DNA of 64,000 nucleotides, from NCBI RefSeq assembly GCF_964355755.1, contig NC_092678.1, positions 10,848,352 through 10,912,351 on the forward strand, written 5' to 3'. The translations under genes and the position numbers were made by a program. This DNA comes from Antedon mediterranea (Eukaryota; Animalia; Echinodermata). This document shows, in pieces, positions 41,521 to 53,900 of the stretch (positions are counted from its first letter, which is position 1; every line of letters begins with the position of its first letter). The notes beneath the pieces are model-generated. The model did no database searches. It saw only the letters and a program-made list of their open reading frames with translations, and was not told the DNA's origin.

Positions 41521-44500
41521 TTTTATGTTAACAAGTTTTTTCTAAAATCACAAAATGGTCTAAAACGTCTCCAAATGCGATTTGAAGCTATTCTGTACAC
41601 TTTGATGTTTTGTGTGAAAAGTTTTAACGAAATGCTCAAAATTGTCTAAAACGGTTTCTAATGTGATTTTAAGCACTTTGATGTTTTTGTAAAACCAAGT
41701 TTCATCGAAATGCACAAAATGGTCTAAAACGTCTCCAAATGCGATTTGAAGCTTTTCCAAGCACTTTGGTGTTTTTATGTTAACAAGTTTTTTCGAAAAT
41801 CACAAAATGGTCTAAAACGTCTCCAAATGCGATTTGAAGATATTCTGAGCACTTTGGTGTTTTTATGTTAAAAAGTATTTTCGAAAATCACAAAATGGTC
41901 TAAAACGTCTCCAAATGCGATTTGAAGCTCTTCTGTACACTTTGATGTTTTGTGTGAAAAAGTTTAGTCGAAATGCTCAAAATGGTCTAAAACGTTTTTA
42001 AAACGATATTAAGCTATTTTGTGCTCTTTGATGTTTTTGTGTAACCAAGTTTCATCGAAAATCACAAAATGGTCTAAAACGTCTCCAAATGCGATTTGAA
42101 GCTTTTCCAAGCACTTTGCTGTTTTTATGTTAACAAGTTTTTTCGAAAATCACAAAATGGTCTAAAACGTCTCAAAATACGATATTAAGCTGTTTTGTGC
42201 ACTTTGATGATTTGTGTGAAAAGTTTTAACGAAATGCTCAAAATGGTCTAAAACGGTTTCTAATGTGATTTTAAGCACTTTGATGTTTTTATGTAGCCAA
42301 GTTTTTTCGAAAATCACAAAATGGTCAAAAACGTCTCCAAATGCGATTTGAAGCTTTTCTAAGCACTTTGGTTTTTTTATGTTAACAAGTTTTTTCGAAA
42401 ATCACAAAATGGTCTAAAACGTCTTCAAATGCGATTTGAAGATATTCTGAGCACTTTGGTGTTTTTCTGTTAAAAAGTATTTTCGAAAATCACAAAATGG
42501 CCTAAAACGTCTCCAAATGCGATTTGAAGCTATTCTGTACACTTTGATGTTTTGTGTGAAAAAGTTTTGTCAAAATGCTCAAAATGGTCTAAAACGTTTT
42601 TAAAACGATATTAAGCTATTTTGTGCTCTTTGATGTGTTTGTATAACCAAGTTTTTTCGAAAATCACAAAATGGTCTAAAACGTCTCCAAATGCGATTTG
42701 AAGCTTTTCCAAGCACTTTGCTGTTTTTATGTTAACAATTTTTTTCGAAAATCATAAAATGGTCTAAAACGTCTCCAAATGCGATTTGAAGCTATTCTGT
42801 ACACTTTGATGTTTTGTGTGAAAAGTTTTGTCGAAATGCTCAAAATGGTCTAAAACGTTTTTAAAACGATATTAAGCTATTTTGTGCTCTTTGATGTTTT
42901 TGTGTAACCAAGTTTCATCGAAATGAACAAAATGGTCTAAAACGTCTCCAAATGCGATTTGAAGCTTTTCTAAGCACTTTGGTGTTTTTATGTTAACAAG
43001 TTTTTTCGAAAATCACAAAATGGTCTAAAACGTCTCCAAATGCGATTTGAAGATATTCTGAGCACTTTGCTGTTTTTATGTTAACAAGTTTTTTCGAAAA
43101 TCACAAAATGGTCTAAAACGTCTCAAAATTCTATTTGAAGGTATTCTGAGCACTTTGGTGTTTTTGTGTGAAAAGTTTTAACGAAATGCTCAAAATGGTC
43201 TAAAACGGTTCTAATGTGATTTTAAGCACTTTGATGTTTTTGTATAACCAAGTTTCATCGAAATGCTCAAAATGGTCTAAAACGTTTTTAAAAAGATATT
43301 AAGCTATTTTGTGCTCTTTGATGTTTTTGTGTAACGAAGTTTCATCGAAATGAACAAAATGGTCTAAAACGTCTCCAAATGCGATTTGAAGCTTTTCCAA
43401 GCACTTTGCTGTTTTTATGTTAACAAGTTTTTTCGAAAATCACAAAATGGCCTAAAACGTCTCAAAATGCGATTTCAAGGTATTCTGAGCACTTTGGTGT
43501 TTTTGTGTGAAAGGTTTTAACGAAATGCTCAAAATGGTCTAAAACGGTTTCTAATGTGATTTTAAGCACTTTGATGTTTTTGTATAACCAAGTTTCATCG
43601 AAATGCCCAAAATGGTCTAAAACGTCTCCAAATGCGATTTGAAGCTTTTCTAAGCACTTTGCTGTTTTTATGTTAACAAGTTTTTTCGAAAATCACAAAA
43701 TGGTCTAAAACGTCTCCAAATGCGATTTGAAGATATTCTGAGCACTTTGGTGTTTTTATGTTAAAAAGTTTTTTCGAAAATCACAAAATGGTCTAAAACG
43801 TCTCCAAATGCGATTTGAAGATATTCTGAGCACTTTGGTGTTTTTATGTTAAAAAGTTTTTTCGAAAATCACAAAATGGTCTAAAACGTCTCCAAATGCG
43901 ATTTGAAGCTATTCTGTACACTTTGATGTTTTGTGTGAAAAAGTTTTGTCGAAATGCTCAAAATGGTCTAAAACGTTTTTAAAACGATATTAAGCTATTT
44001 TGTGCTCTTTGATGTTTTTGTGTAACCAAGTTTTATCGAAATGAACAAAATGGTCTAAAACGTCTCCAAATGCGATTTGAGGCTTTTCTAAGCACTTTGC
44101 TGTTTTTATGTTAACAAGTTTTTTCGAAAATCACAAAATGGTCTAAAACGTCTCCAAATGCGATTTGAAGATATTCTGAGCACTTTGGTGTTTTTATGTT
44201 AAAAAGTTTTTTCGAAAATCACAAAATGGTCTAAAACGTCTCCAAATGCGATTTGAAGATATTCTGAGCACTTTGGTGTTTTTATGTTAAAAAGTTTTTT
44301 CGAAAATCACAAAATGGTCTAAAACGTCTCCAAATGCGATTTGAAGCTATTCTGTACACTTTGATGTTTTGTGTGAAAAATTTTTATCGAAATGCTCAAA
44401 ATGGTCTAAAACGTTTTTAAAACGATATTAAGCTATTTTGTGCTCTTTGATGTTTTTGTGTAACCAAGTTTTATCGAAATGAACAAAATGGTCTAAAACG

Positions 44501-45029
44501 TCTCCAAATGCGATTTGAAGCTTTTCCAAGCACTTTGCTGTTTTTATGTTAACAAGTTTTTTCGAAAATCACAAAATGGTCTAAAACGTCTCAAAATGCG
44601 ATTTGAAGGTATTCTGAGCACTTTGGTGTTTTTGTGTGAAAAGTTTTAACGAAATGCTCAAAATTGTCTAAAACGGTTTCTAATGTGATTTTAAGCACTT
44701 TGATGTTTTTGTAAAACCAAGTTTCATCGAAATGAACAAAATGGTCTAAAATGTCTCCAAATGCGATTTGAGGCTTTTCCAAGCACTTTGCTGTTTTTAT
44801 GTTAACAAGCTTTTTCGAAAATCACAAAATGGTCTAAAACGTCTCCAAATGCGATTTGAAGATATTCTGAGCACTTTGGTGTTTTTATGTTAAAAAGTTT
44901 TTTCGAAAATCACAAAATGGTCTAAAACGTCTCCAAATGCGATTTGAAGATATTCTAAGCACTTTGGTGTTTTTATGTTAACAAGTTTTTTCGAAAATCA
45001 CAAAATGGTCTAAAACGTCTCCAAATGCG

Positions 45030-47980
45030 ATTTGAAGATATTCTGAGCACTTTGGTGTTTTTCTGTTAAAAAGTATTTTCGAAAATCACAAAATGGTCTA
45101 AAACGTCTCCAAATGCAATTTGAAGCTATTCTGTACACTTTGATGTTTTGTGTGAAAAAGTTTTGTCAAAATGCTCAAAATGGTCTAAAACGTTTTTAAA
45201 ACGATATTAAGCTATTTTGTGCTCTTTGATGTTTTTGTATAACCAAGTTTTTTCGAAAATCACAAAATGGTCTAAAACGTCTCCAAATGCGATTTGAAGC
45301 TTTTCTAAACACTTTGGTGTTTTTATGTTAACAAGTTTTTTCGAAAATCACAAAATGGTCTAAAACGTCTCCAAATCCGATTTGAAGCTATTCTGTACAC
45401 TTTGATGTTTTGTGTGAAAAAGTTTTGTCGAAATGCTCAAAATGGTCTAAAACGTTTTTAAAACGATATTAAGCTATTTTGTGCTCTTTGATGTTTTTGT
45501 GTAACTCAGTTTCATCGATATGAACAAAATGGTCTAAAACGTCTCAAAATGCGATTTGAAGGTATTCTGAGCACTTTGGTGTTTTTGGGTGAAAAGTTTT
45601 AACGAAATGCTCAAAATGGTCTAAAACGGTTTCTAATGTGATTTTAAGCACTTTGAAGTATTTGTAAAAACAAGTTTCATCGAAATGCACAAAATAGTCT
45701 AAAACGTCTCCAAATGCGATTTGAAGCTTTTCTAAGCACTTTGGTGTTTTTATGTTAACAAGTTTTTTCGAAAATCACAAAATGGTCTAAAACGTCTCCA
45801 TATGCGATTTGAAGATATTCTGAGCACTTTGGTGTTTTTATGTTAAAAAGTATTTTCGAAAATCACAAAATGGTCTAAAACGTCTCCAAATGCGATTTGA
45901 AGCTCTTCTGTACACTTTGATGTTTTGTGTGAAAAAGTTTAGTCGAAATGCTCAAAATGGTCTAAAACGTTTTTAAAACGATATTAAGCTATTTTGTGCT
46001 CTTTGATGTTTTTGTGTAACCAAGTTTCATCGAAATGAACAAAATGGTCTAAAACGTCTCCAAATGCGATTTGAAGCTTTTCTAAGCACTTTGGTGTTTT
46101 TATGTTAACAAGTTTTTTCGAAAATCACAAAATGGTCTAAAACGTCTCCAAATGCGATTTGAAGATATTCTGAGCACTTTGCTGTTTTTATGTTAACAAG
46201 TTTTTTCGAAAATCACAAAATGGTCTAAAACGTCTCAAAATGCTATTTGAAGGTATTCTGAGCACTTTGGTGTTTTTGTGTGAAAAGTTTTAACGAAATG
46301 CTCAAAATGGTCTAAAACGGTTCTAATGTGATTTTAAACACTTTGATGTTTTGTGTGAAAAAGTTTTGTCAAAATGCTCAAAATGGTCTAAAACGTTTTT
46401 AAAACGATATTAAGCTATTTTGTGCTCTTTGATGTTTTTGTATAACCAAGTTTTTTCGAAAATCACAAAATGGTCTAAAACGTCTCCAAATGCGATTTGA
46501 AGATATTCTGAGCACTTTGGTGTTTTTCTGTTAAAAAGTATTTTCGAAAATCACAAAATGGTCTAAAACGTCTCCAAATGCAATTTGAAGCTATTCTGTA
46601 CACTTTGATGTTTTGTGTGAAAAAGTTTTGTCAAAATGCTCAAAATGGTCTAAAACGTTTTTAAAACGATATTAAGCTATTTTGTGCTCTTTGATGTTTT
46701 TGTATAACCAAGTTTTTTCGAAAATCACAAAATGGTCTAAAACGTCTCCAAATGCGATTTGAAGCTTTTCTAAACACTTTGGTGTTTTTATGTTAACAAG
46801 TTTTTTCGAAAATCACAAAATGGTCTAAAACGTCTCCAAATCCGATTTGAAGCTATTCTGTACACTTTGATGTTTTGTGTGAAAAAGTTTTGTCGAAATG
46901 CTCAAAATGGTCTAAAACGTTTTTAAAACGATATTAAGCTATTTTGTGCTCTTTGATGTTTTTGTGTAACTCAGTTTCATCGATATGAACAAAATGGTCT
47001 AAAACGTCTCAAAATGCGATTTGAAGGTATTCTGAGCACTTTGGTGTTTTTGGGTGAAAAGTTTTAACGAAATGCTCAAAATGGTCTAAAACGGTTTCTA
47101 ATGTGATTTTAAGCACTTTGAAGTATTTGTAAAAACAAGTTTCATCGAAATGCACAAAATAGTCTAAAACGTCTCCAAATGCGATTTGAAGCTTTTCTAA
47201 GCACTTTGGTGTTTTTATGTTAACAAGTTTTTTCGAAAATCACAAAATGGTCTAAAACGTCTCCATATGCGATTTGAAGATATTCTGAGCACTTTGGTGT
47301 TTTTATGTTAAAAAGTATTTTCGAAAATCACAAAATGGTCTAAAACGTCTCCAAATGCGATTTGAAGCTCTTCTGTACACTTTGATGTTTTGTGTGAAAA
47401 AGTTTAGTCGAAATGCTCAAAATGGTCTAAAACGTTTTTAAAACGATATTAAGCTATTTTGTGCTCTTTGATGTTTTTGTGTAACCAAGTTTCATCGAAA
47501 TGAACAAAATGGTCTAAAACGTCTCCAAATGCGATTTGAAGCTTTTCTAAGCACTTTGGTGTTTTTATGTTAACAAGTTTTTTCGAAAATCACAAAATGG
47601 TCTAAAACGTCTCCAAATGCGATTTGAAGATATTCTGAGCACTTTGCTGTTTTTATGTTAACAAGTTTTTTCGAAAATCACAAAATGGTCTAAAACGTCT
47701 CAAAATGCTATTTGAAGGTATTCTGAGCACTTTGGTGTTTTTGTGTGAAAAGTTTTAACGAAATGCTCAAAATGGTCTAAAACGGTTCTAATGTGATTTT
47801 AAACACTTTGATGTTTTGTGTGAAAAAGTTTTGTCAAAATGCTCAAAATGGTCTAAAACGTTTTTAAAACGATATTAAGCTATTTTGTGCTCTTTGATGT
47901 TTTTGTATAACCAAGTTTTTTCGAAAATCACAAAATGGTCTAAAACGTCTCCAAATGCGATTTGAAGATATTCTGAGCAC
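45030..47980 (+). repeat. Recent tandem duplication, period 1465 bp (edges approximate)
   Basis: Private variants GTAACTCAGT (45501 and 46966) and CTCCATATGC (45796 and 47261), both at offset 1465. Confidence 0.85.
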
Positions 47981-50900
47981 TTTGGTGTTTTTATGTTAAA
48001 AAGTTTTTTCGAAAATCACAAAATGGTCTAAAACGTCTCCAAATGCGATTTGAAGATATTCTGAGCACTTTGGTGTTTTTATGTTAAAAAGTTTTTTCGA
48101 AAATCACAAAATGGTCTAAAACGTCTCCAAATGCGATTTGAAGCTATTCTATACACTTTGATGTTTTGTGTTAAAAAGTTTTGTCGAAATGCTCAAAATG
48201 GTTTAAAACGTTTTTAAAACGATATTAAGCTATTTTGTGCTCTTTGATGTTTTTGTGTAACCAAGTTTCATCGAAATGAACAAAATGGTCTAAAACGTTT
48301 TTAAAACTATATTAAGCTATTTTGTGCTCTTTGATGTTTTTGTGTAACCAAGTTTTTTCGAAAATCACAAAATGGTCTAAAACGTCTCCAAATGCGATTT
48401 GAAGCTTTTCTAAGCACTTTGGTGTTAACAAGTTTTTTCGAAAATCACAAAATGGTCTAAAACGTCTCAAAATGCGATTTGAAGGTATTCTGAGCACTTT
48501 GGTGTTTTTGTGTGAAAAGTTTTAACGAAATGCTCAAAATGGTCTAAAACGGTTTCTAATGTGATTTTAACCACTTTGATGTTTTTGTGTAACCAAGTTC
48601 TTTTCGAAAATCACAAAATGGTCTAAAACGTCTCCAAATGCGATTTGAAGCTTTTCTAAGCACTTTGGTGTTTTTATGTTAACAAGTTTTTTTGAAAATC
48701 ACAAAATGGTCTAAAACGTCTCAAAATGCGATTTGAAGGTATTCTGAGCACTTTGGTGTTTTTGTGTGAAAAGTTTTAACGAAATGCTCAAAATGGTCTA
48801 AAACGGTTTCTAATGTGATTTTAACCACTTTGATGTTTTTGTGTAACCAAGTTTTTTCGAAAATCACAAAATGGTCTAAAACGTCTCCAAATGCGATTTG
48901 AAGCTTTTCTAAGCACTTTGGTGTTTTTATGTTAACAAGTTTTTTCGAAAATCACAAAATGGTCTAAAACGTCTCCAAATGCGATTTGAAGATATTCTGA
49001 GCACTTTGGTGTTTTTCTGTTAAAAAGTATTTTCGAAAATCACAAAATGGTCTAAAACGTCTCCAAATGCAATTTGAAGCTATTCTGTACACTTTGATGT
49101 TTTGTGTGAAAAAGTTTTGTCAAAATGCTCAAAATGGTCTAAAACGGTTTCTAATGTGATTTTAACCACTTTGATGTTTTTGTGTAACCAAGTTCTTTTC
49201 GAAAATCACAAAATGGTCTAAAACGTCTCCAAATGCGATTTGAAGCTTTTCTAAGCACTTTGGTGTTTTTATGTTAACAAGTTTTTTCGAAAATCACAAA
49301 ATGGTCTAAAACGTCTCAAAATGCGATTTGAAGGTATTCTGAGCACTTTGGTGTTTTTGTGTGAAAAGTTTTAACGAAATGCTCAAAATGGTCTAAAACG
49401 GTTTCTAATGTGATTTTAACAACTTTGATGTTTTTGTGTAACCAAGTTTTTTCGAAAATCACAAAATGGTCTAAAACGTCTCCAAATGCGATTTGAAGCT
49501 TTTCTAAGCACTTTGGTGTTTTTATGTTAACAAGTTTTTTCGAAAATCACAAAATGGTCTAAAACGTCTCCAAATGCGATTTGAAGATATTCTGAGCACT
49601 TTGGTGTTTTTCTGTTAAAAAGTATTTTCGAAAATCACAAAATGGTCTAAAACGTCTCCAAATGCAATTTGAAGCTATTCTGTACACTTTGATGTTTTGT
49701 GTGAAAAAGTTTTGTCAAAATGCTCAAAATGGTCTAAAACGTTTTTAAAACGATATTAAGCTATTTTGTGCTCTTTGATGTTTTTGTATAACCAAGTTTT
49801 TTCGAAAATCACAAAATGGTCTAAAACGTCTCCAAATGCGATTTGAAGCTTTTCTAAACACTTTGGTGTTTTTATGTTAACAAGTTTTTTCGAAAATCAC
49901 AAAGTGGTCTAAAACGTCTCCAAATCCGATTTGAAGCTATTCTGTACACTTTGATGTTTTGTGTGAAAAAGTTTTTTCGAAATGCTCAAAATGGTCTAAA
50001 ACGTTTTTAAAACGATATTAAGCTATTTTGTGCTCTTTGATGTTTTTGTGTAACCAAGTTTCATCGATATGAACAAAATGGTCTAAAACGTCTCAAAATG
50101 CGATTTGAAGGTATTCTGAGCACTTTGGTGTTTTTATGTTAACAAGTTTTTTCGAAAATCACAAAATGGTCTAAAACGTCTCCAAATGCGATTTGAAGAT
50201 ATTCTGAGCACTTTGGTGTTTTTATGTTAAAAAGTATTTTCGAAAATCACAAAATGGTCTAAAACGTCTCCAAATGCGATTTGAAGCTCTTCTGTACACT
50301 TTGATGTTTTGTGTGAAAAAGTTTAGTCGAAATGCTCAAAATGGTCTAAAACGTTTTTAAAACGATATTAAGCTATTTTGTGCTCTTTGATGTTTTTGTG
50401 TAACCAAGTTTCATCGAAAATCACAAAATGGTCTAAAACGTCTCCAAATGCGATTTGAAGATATTCTGAGCACTTTGGTGTTTTTATGTTAACAAGTTTT
50501 TTCGAAAATCACAAAATGGTCTAAAACGTCTCCAAATGCGATTTGAAGATATTCTGAGCACTTTGGTGTTTTTATGTTAAAAAGTTTTTTCGAAAATCAC
50601 AAAATGGTCTAAAACGTCTCCAAATGCGATTTGAAGCTATTCTATACACTTTGATGTTTTGTGTTAAAAAGTTTTGTCGAAATGCTCAAAATGGTTTAAA
50701 ACGTTTTTAAAACGATATTAAGCTATTTTGTGCTCTTTGATGTTTTTGTGTAACCAAGTTTCATCGAAATGAACAAAATGGTCTAAAACGTCTCCAAATG
50801 CGATTTGAAGCTTTTCCAAGCACTTTGCTGTTTTTATGTTAACAAGTTTTTTCGAAAATCACAAAATTGTCTAAAACGTCTCAAAATGCGATTTGAAGGT

Positions 50901-53900
50901 ATTCTGAGCACTTTGGTGTTTTTGTGTGAAAAGTTTTAACGAAAAGCTCAAAATGGTCTAAAACGGTTCTAATGTGATTTTAAGCACTTTGATGTTTTTG
51001 TACAACCAAGTTTCATCGAAATGCTCAAAATGGTCTAAAACGTTTTTAAAAACGATATTAAGCTATTTTGTGCTCTTTGATGTTTTTGTGTAACCAAGTT
51101 TTTTCGAAAATCACCAAATGGTCTAAAACGTCTCCAAATGCGATTTGAAGCTTTTCTAAGCACTTTGGTGTTTTTATGTTAACAAGTTTTTTCGAAAATC
51201 ACAAAATGGTCTAAAACGTCTCAAAATGCGATTTGAAGGTATTCTGAGCACTTTGGTGTTTTTGTGTGAAAAGTTTTAACGAAATGCTCAAAATGGTCTA
51301 AAACGGTTTCTAATGTGATTTTAACCACTTTGATGTTTTTGTGTAACCAAGTTCTTTTCGAAAATCACAAAATGGTCTAAAACGTCTCCAAATGCGATTT
51401 GAAGCTTTTCTAAGCACTTTGGTGTTTTTATGTTAACAAGTTTTTTCGAAAATCACAAAATGGTCTAAAACGTCTCAAAATGCGATTTGAAGGTATTCTG
51501 AGCACTTTGGTGTTTTTGTGTGAAAATTTTTAACGAAATGCTCAAAATGGTCTAAAACGGTTTCTAATGTGATTTTAACAACTTTGATGTTTTTGTGTAA
51601 CCAAGTTTTTTCGAAAATCACAAAATGGTCTAAAACGTCTCCAAATGCGATTTGAAGCTTTTCTAAGCACTTTGGTGTTTTTATGTTAACAAGTTTTTTC
51701 GAAAATCACAAAATGGTCTAAAACGTCTCCAAATGCGATTTGAAGATATTCTGAGCACTTTGGTGTTTTTCTGTTAAAAAGTATTTTCGAAAATCACAAA
51801 ATGGTCTAAAACGTCTCCAAATGCAATTTGAAGCTATTCTGTACACTTTGATGTTTTGTGTGAAAAAGTTTTGTCAAAATGCTCAAAATGGTCTAAAACG
51901 TTTTTAAAACGATATTAAGCTATTTTGTGCTCTTTGATGTTTTTGTATAACCAAGTTTTTTCGAAAATCACAAAATGGTCTAAAACGTCTCCAAATGCGA
52001 TTTGAAGCTTTTCTAAACACTTTGGTGTTTTTATGTTAACAAGTTTTTTCGAAAATCACAAAATGGTCTAAAACGTCTCCAAATCCGATTTGAAGCTATT
52101 CTGTACACTTTGATGTTTTGTGTGAAAAAGTTTTGTCGAAATGCTCAAAATGGTCTAAAACGTTTTTAAAACGATATTAAGCTATTTTGTGCTCTTTGAT
52201 GTTTTTGTGTAACCAAGTTTCATCGATATGAACAAAATGGTCTAAAACGTCTCAAAATGCGATTTGAAGGTATTCTGAGCACTTTGGTGTTTTTGGGTGA
52301 AAAGTTTTAACGAAATGCTCAAAATGGTCTAAAACGGTTTCTAATGTGATTTTAAGCACTTTGAAGTATTTGTAAAAACAAGTTTCATCGAAATGCACAA
52401 AATAGTCTAAAACGTCTCCAAATGCGATTTGAAGCTTTTCTAAGCACTTTGGTGTTTTTATGTTAACAAGTTTTTTCGAAAATCACAAAATGGTCTAAAA
52501 CGTCTCCAAATGCGATTTGAAGATATTCTGAGCACTTTGGTGTTTTTATGTTAAAAAGTATTTTCGAAAATCACAAAATGGTCTAAAACGTCTCCAAATG
52601 CGATTTGAAGCTCTTCTGTACACTTTGATGTTTTGTGTGAAAAAGTTTAGTCGAAATGCTCAAAATGGTCTAAAACGTTTTTAAAACGATATTAAGCTAT
52701 TTTGTGCTCTTTGATGTTTTTGTGTAACCAAGTTTCATCGAAATGAACAAAATGGTCTAAAACGTCTCCAAATGCGATTTGAAGCTTTTCTAAGCACTTT
52801 GGTGTTTTTATGTTAACAAGTTTTTTCGAAAATCACAAAATGGTCTAAAACGTCTCCAAATGCGATTTGAAGATATTCTGAGCACTTTGCTGTTTTTATG
52901 TTAACAAGTTTTTTCGAAAATCACAAAATGGTCTAAAACGTCTCAAAATGCTATTTGAAGGTATTCTGAGCACTTTGGTGTTTTTGTGTGAACAGTTTTA
53001 ACGAAATGCTCAAAATGGTCTAAAACGGTTCTAATGTGATTTTAAACACTTTGATGTTTTGTGTGAAAAAGTTTTGTCAAAATGCTCAAAATGGTCTAAA
53101 ACGTTTTTAAAACGATATTAAGCTATTTTGTGCTCTTTGATGTTTTTGTATAACCAAGTTTTTTCGAAAATCACAAAATGGTCTAAAACCTCTCCAAATG
53201 CGATTTGAAGATATTCTGAGCACTTTGGTGTTTTTATGTTAAAAAGTTTTTTCGAAAATCACAAAATGGTCTAAAACGTCTCCAAATGCGATTTGAAGAT
53301 ATTCTGAGCACTTTGGTGTTTTTATGTTAAAAAGTTTTTTCGAAAATCACAAAATGGTCTAAAACGTCTCCAAATGCGATTTGAAGCTATTCTATACACT
53401 TTGATGTTTTGTGTTAAAAAGTTTTGTCGAAATGCTCAAAATGGTTTAAAACGTTTTTAAAACGATATTAAGCTATTTTGTGCTCTTTGATGTTTTTGTG
53501 TAACCAAGTTTCATCGAAATGAACAAAATGGTCTAAAACGTCTCCAAATGCGATTTGAAGCTTTTCCTAGCACTTTGCTGTTTTTATGTTAACAAGTTTT
53601 TTCGAAAATCACAAAATTGTCTAAAACGTCTCAAAATGCGATTTGAAGGTATTCTGAGCACTTTGGTGTTTTTGTGTGAAAAGTTTTAACGAAAAGCTCA
53701 AAATGGTCTAAAACGGTTCTAATGTGATTTTAAGCACTTTGATGTTTTTGTACAACCAAGTTTCATCGAAATGCTCAAAATGGTCTAAAACGTTTTTAAA
53801 ACGATATTAAGCTATTTTGTGCTCTTTGATGTTTTTGTGTAACCAAGTTTTTTCGAAAATCACAAAATGGTCTAAAACGTCTCCAAATGCGATTTGAAGC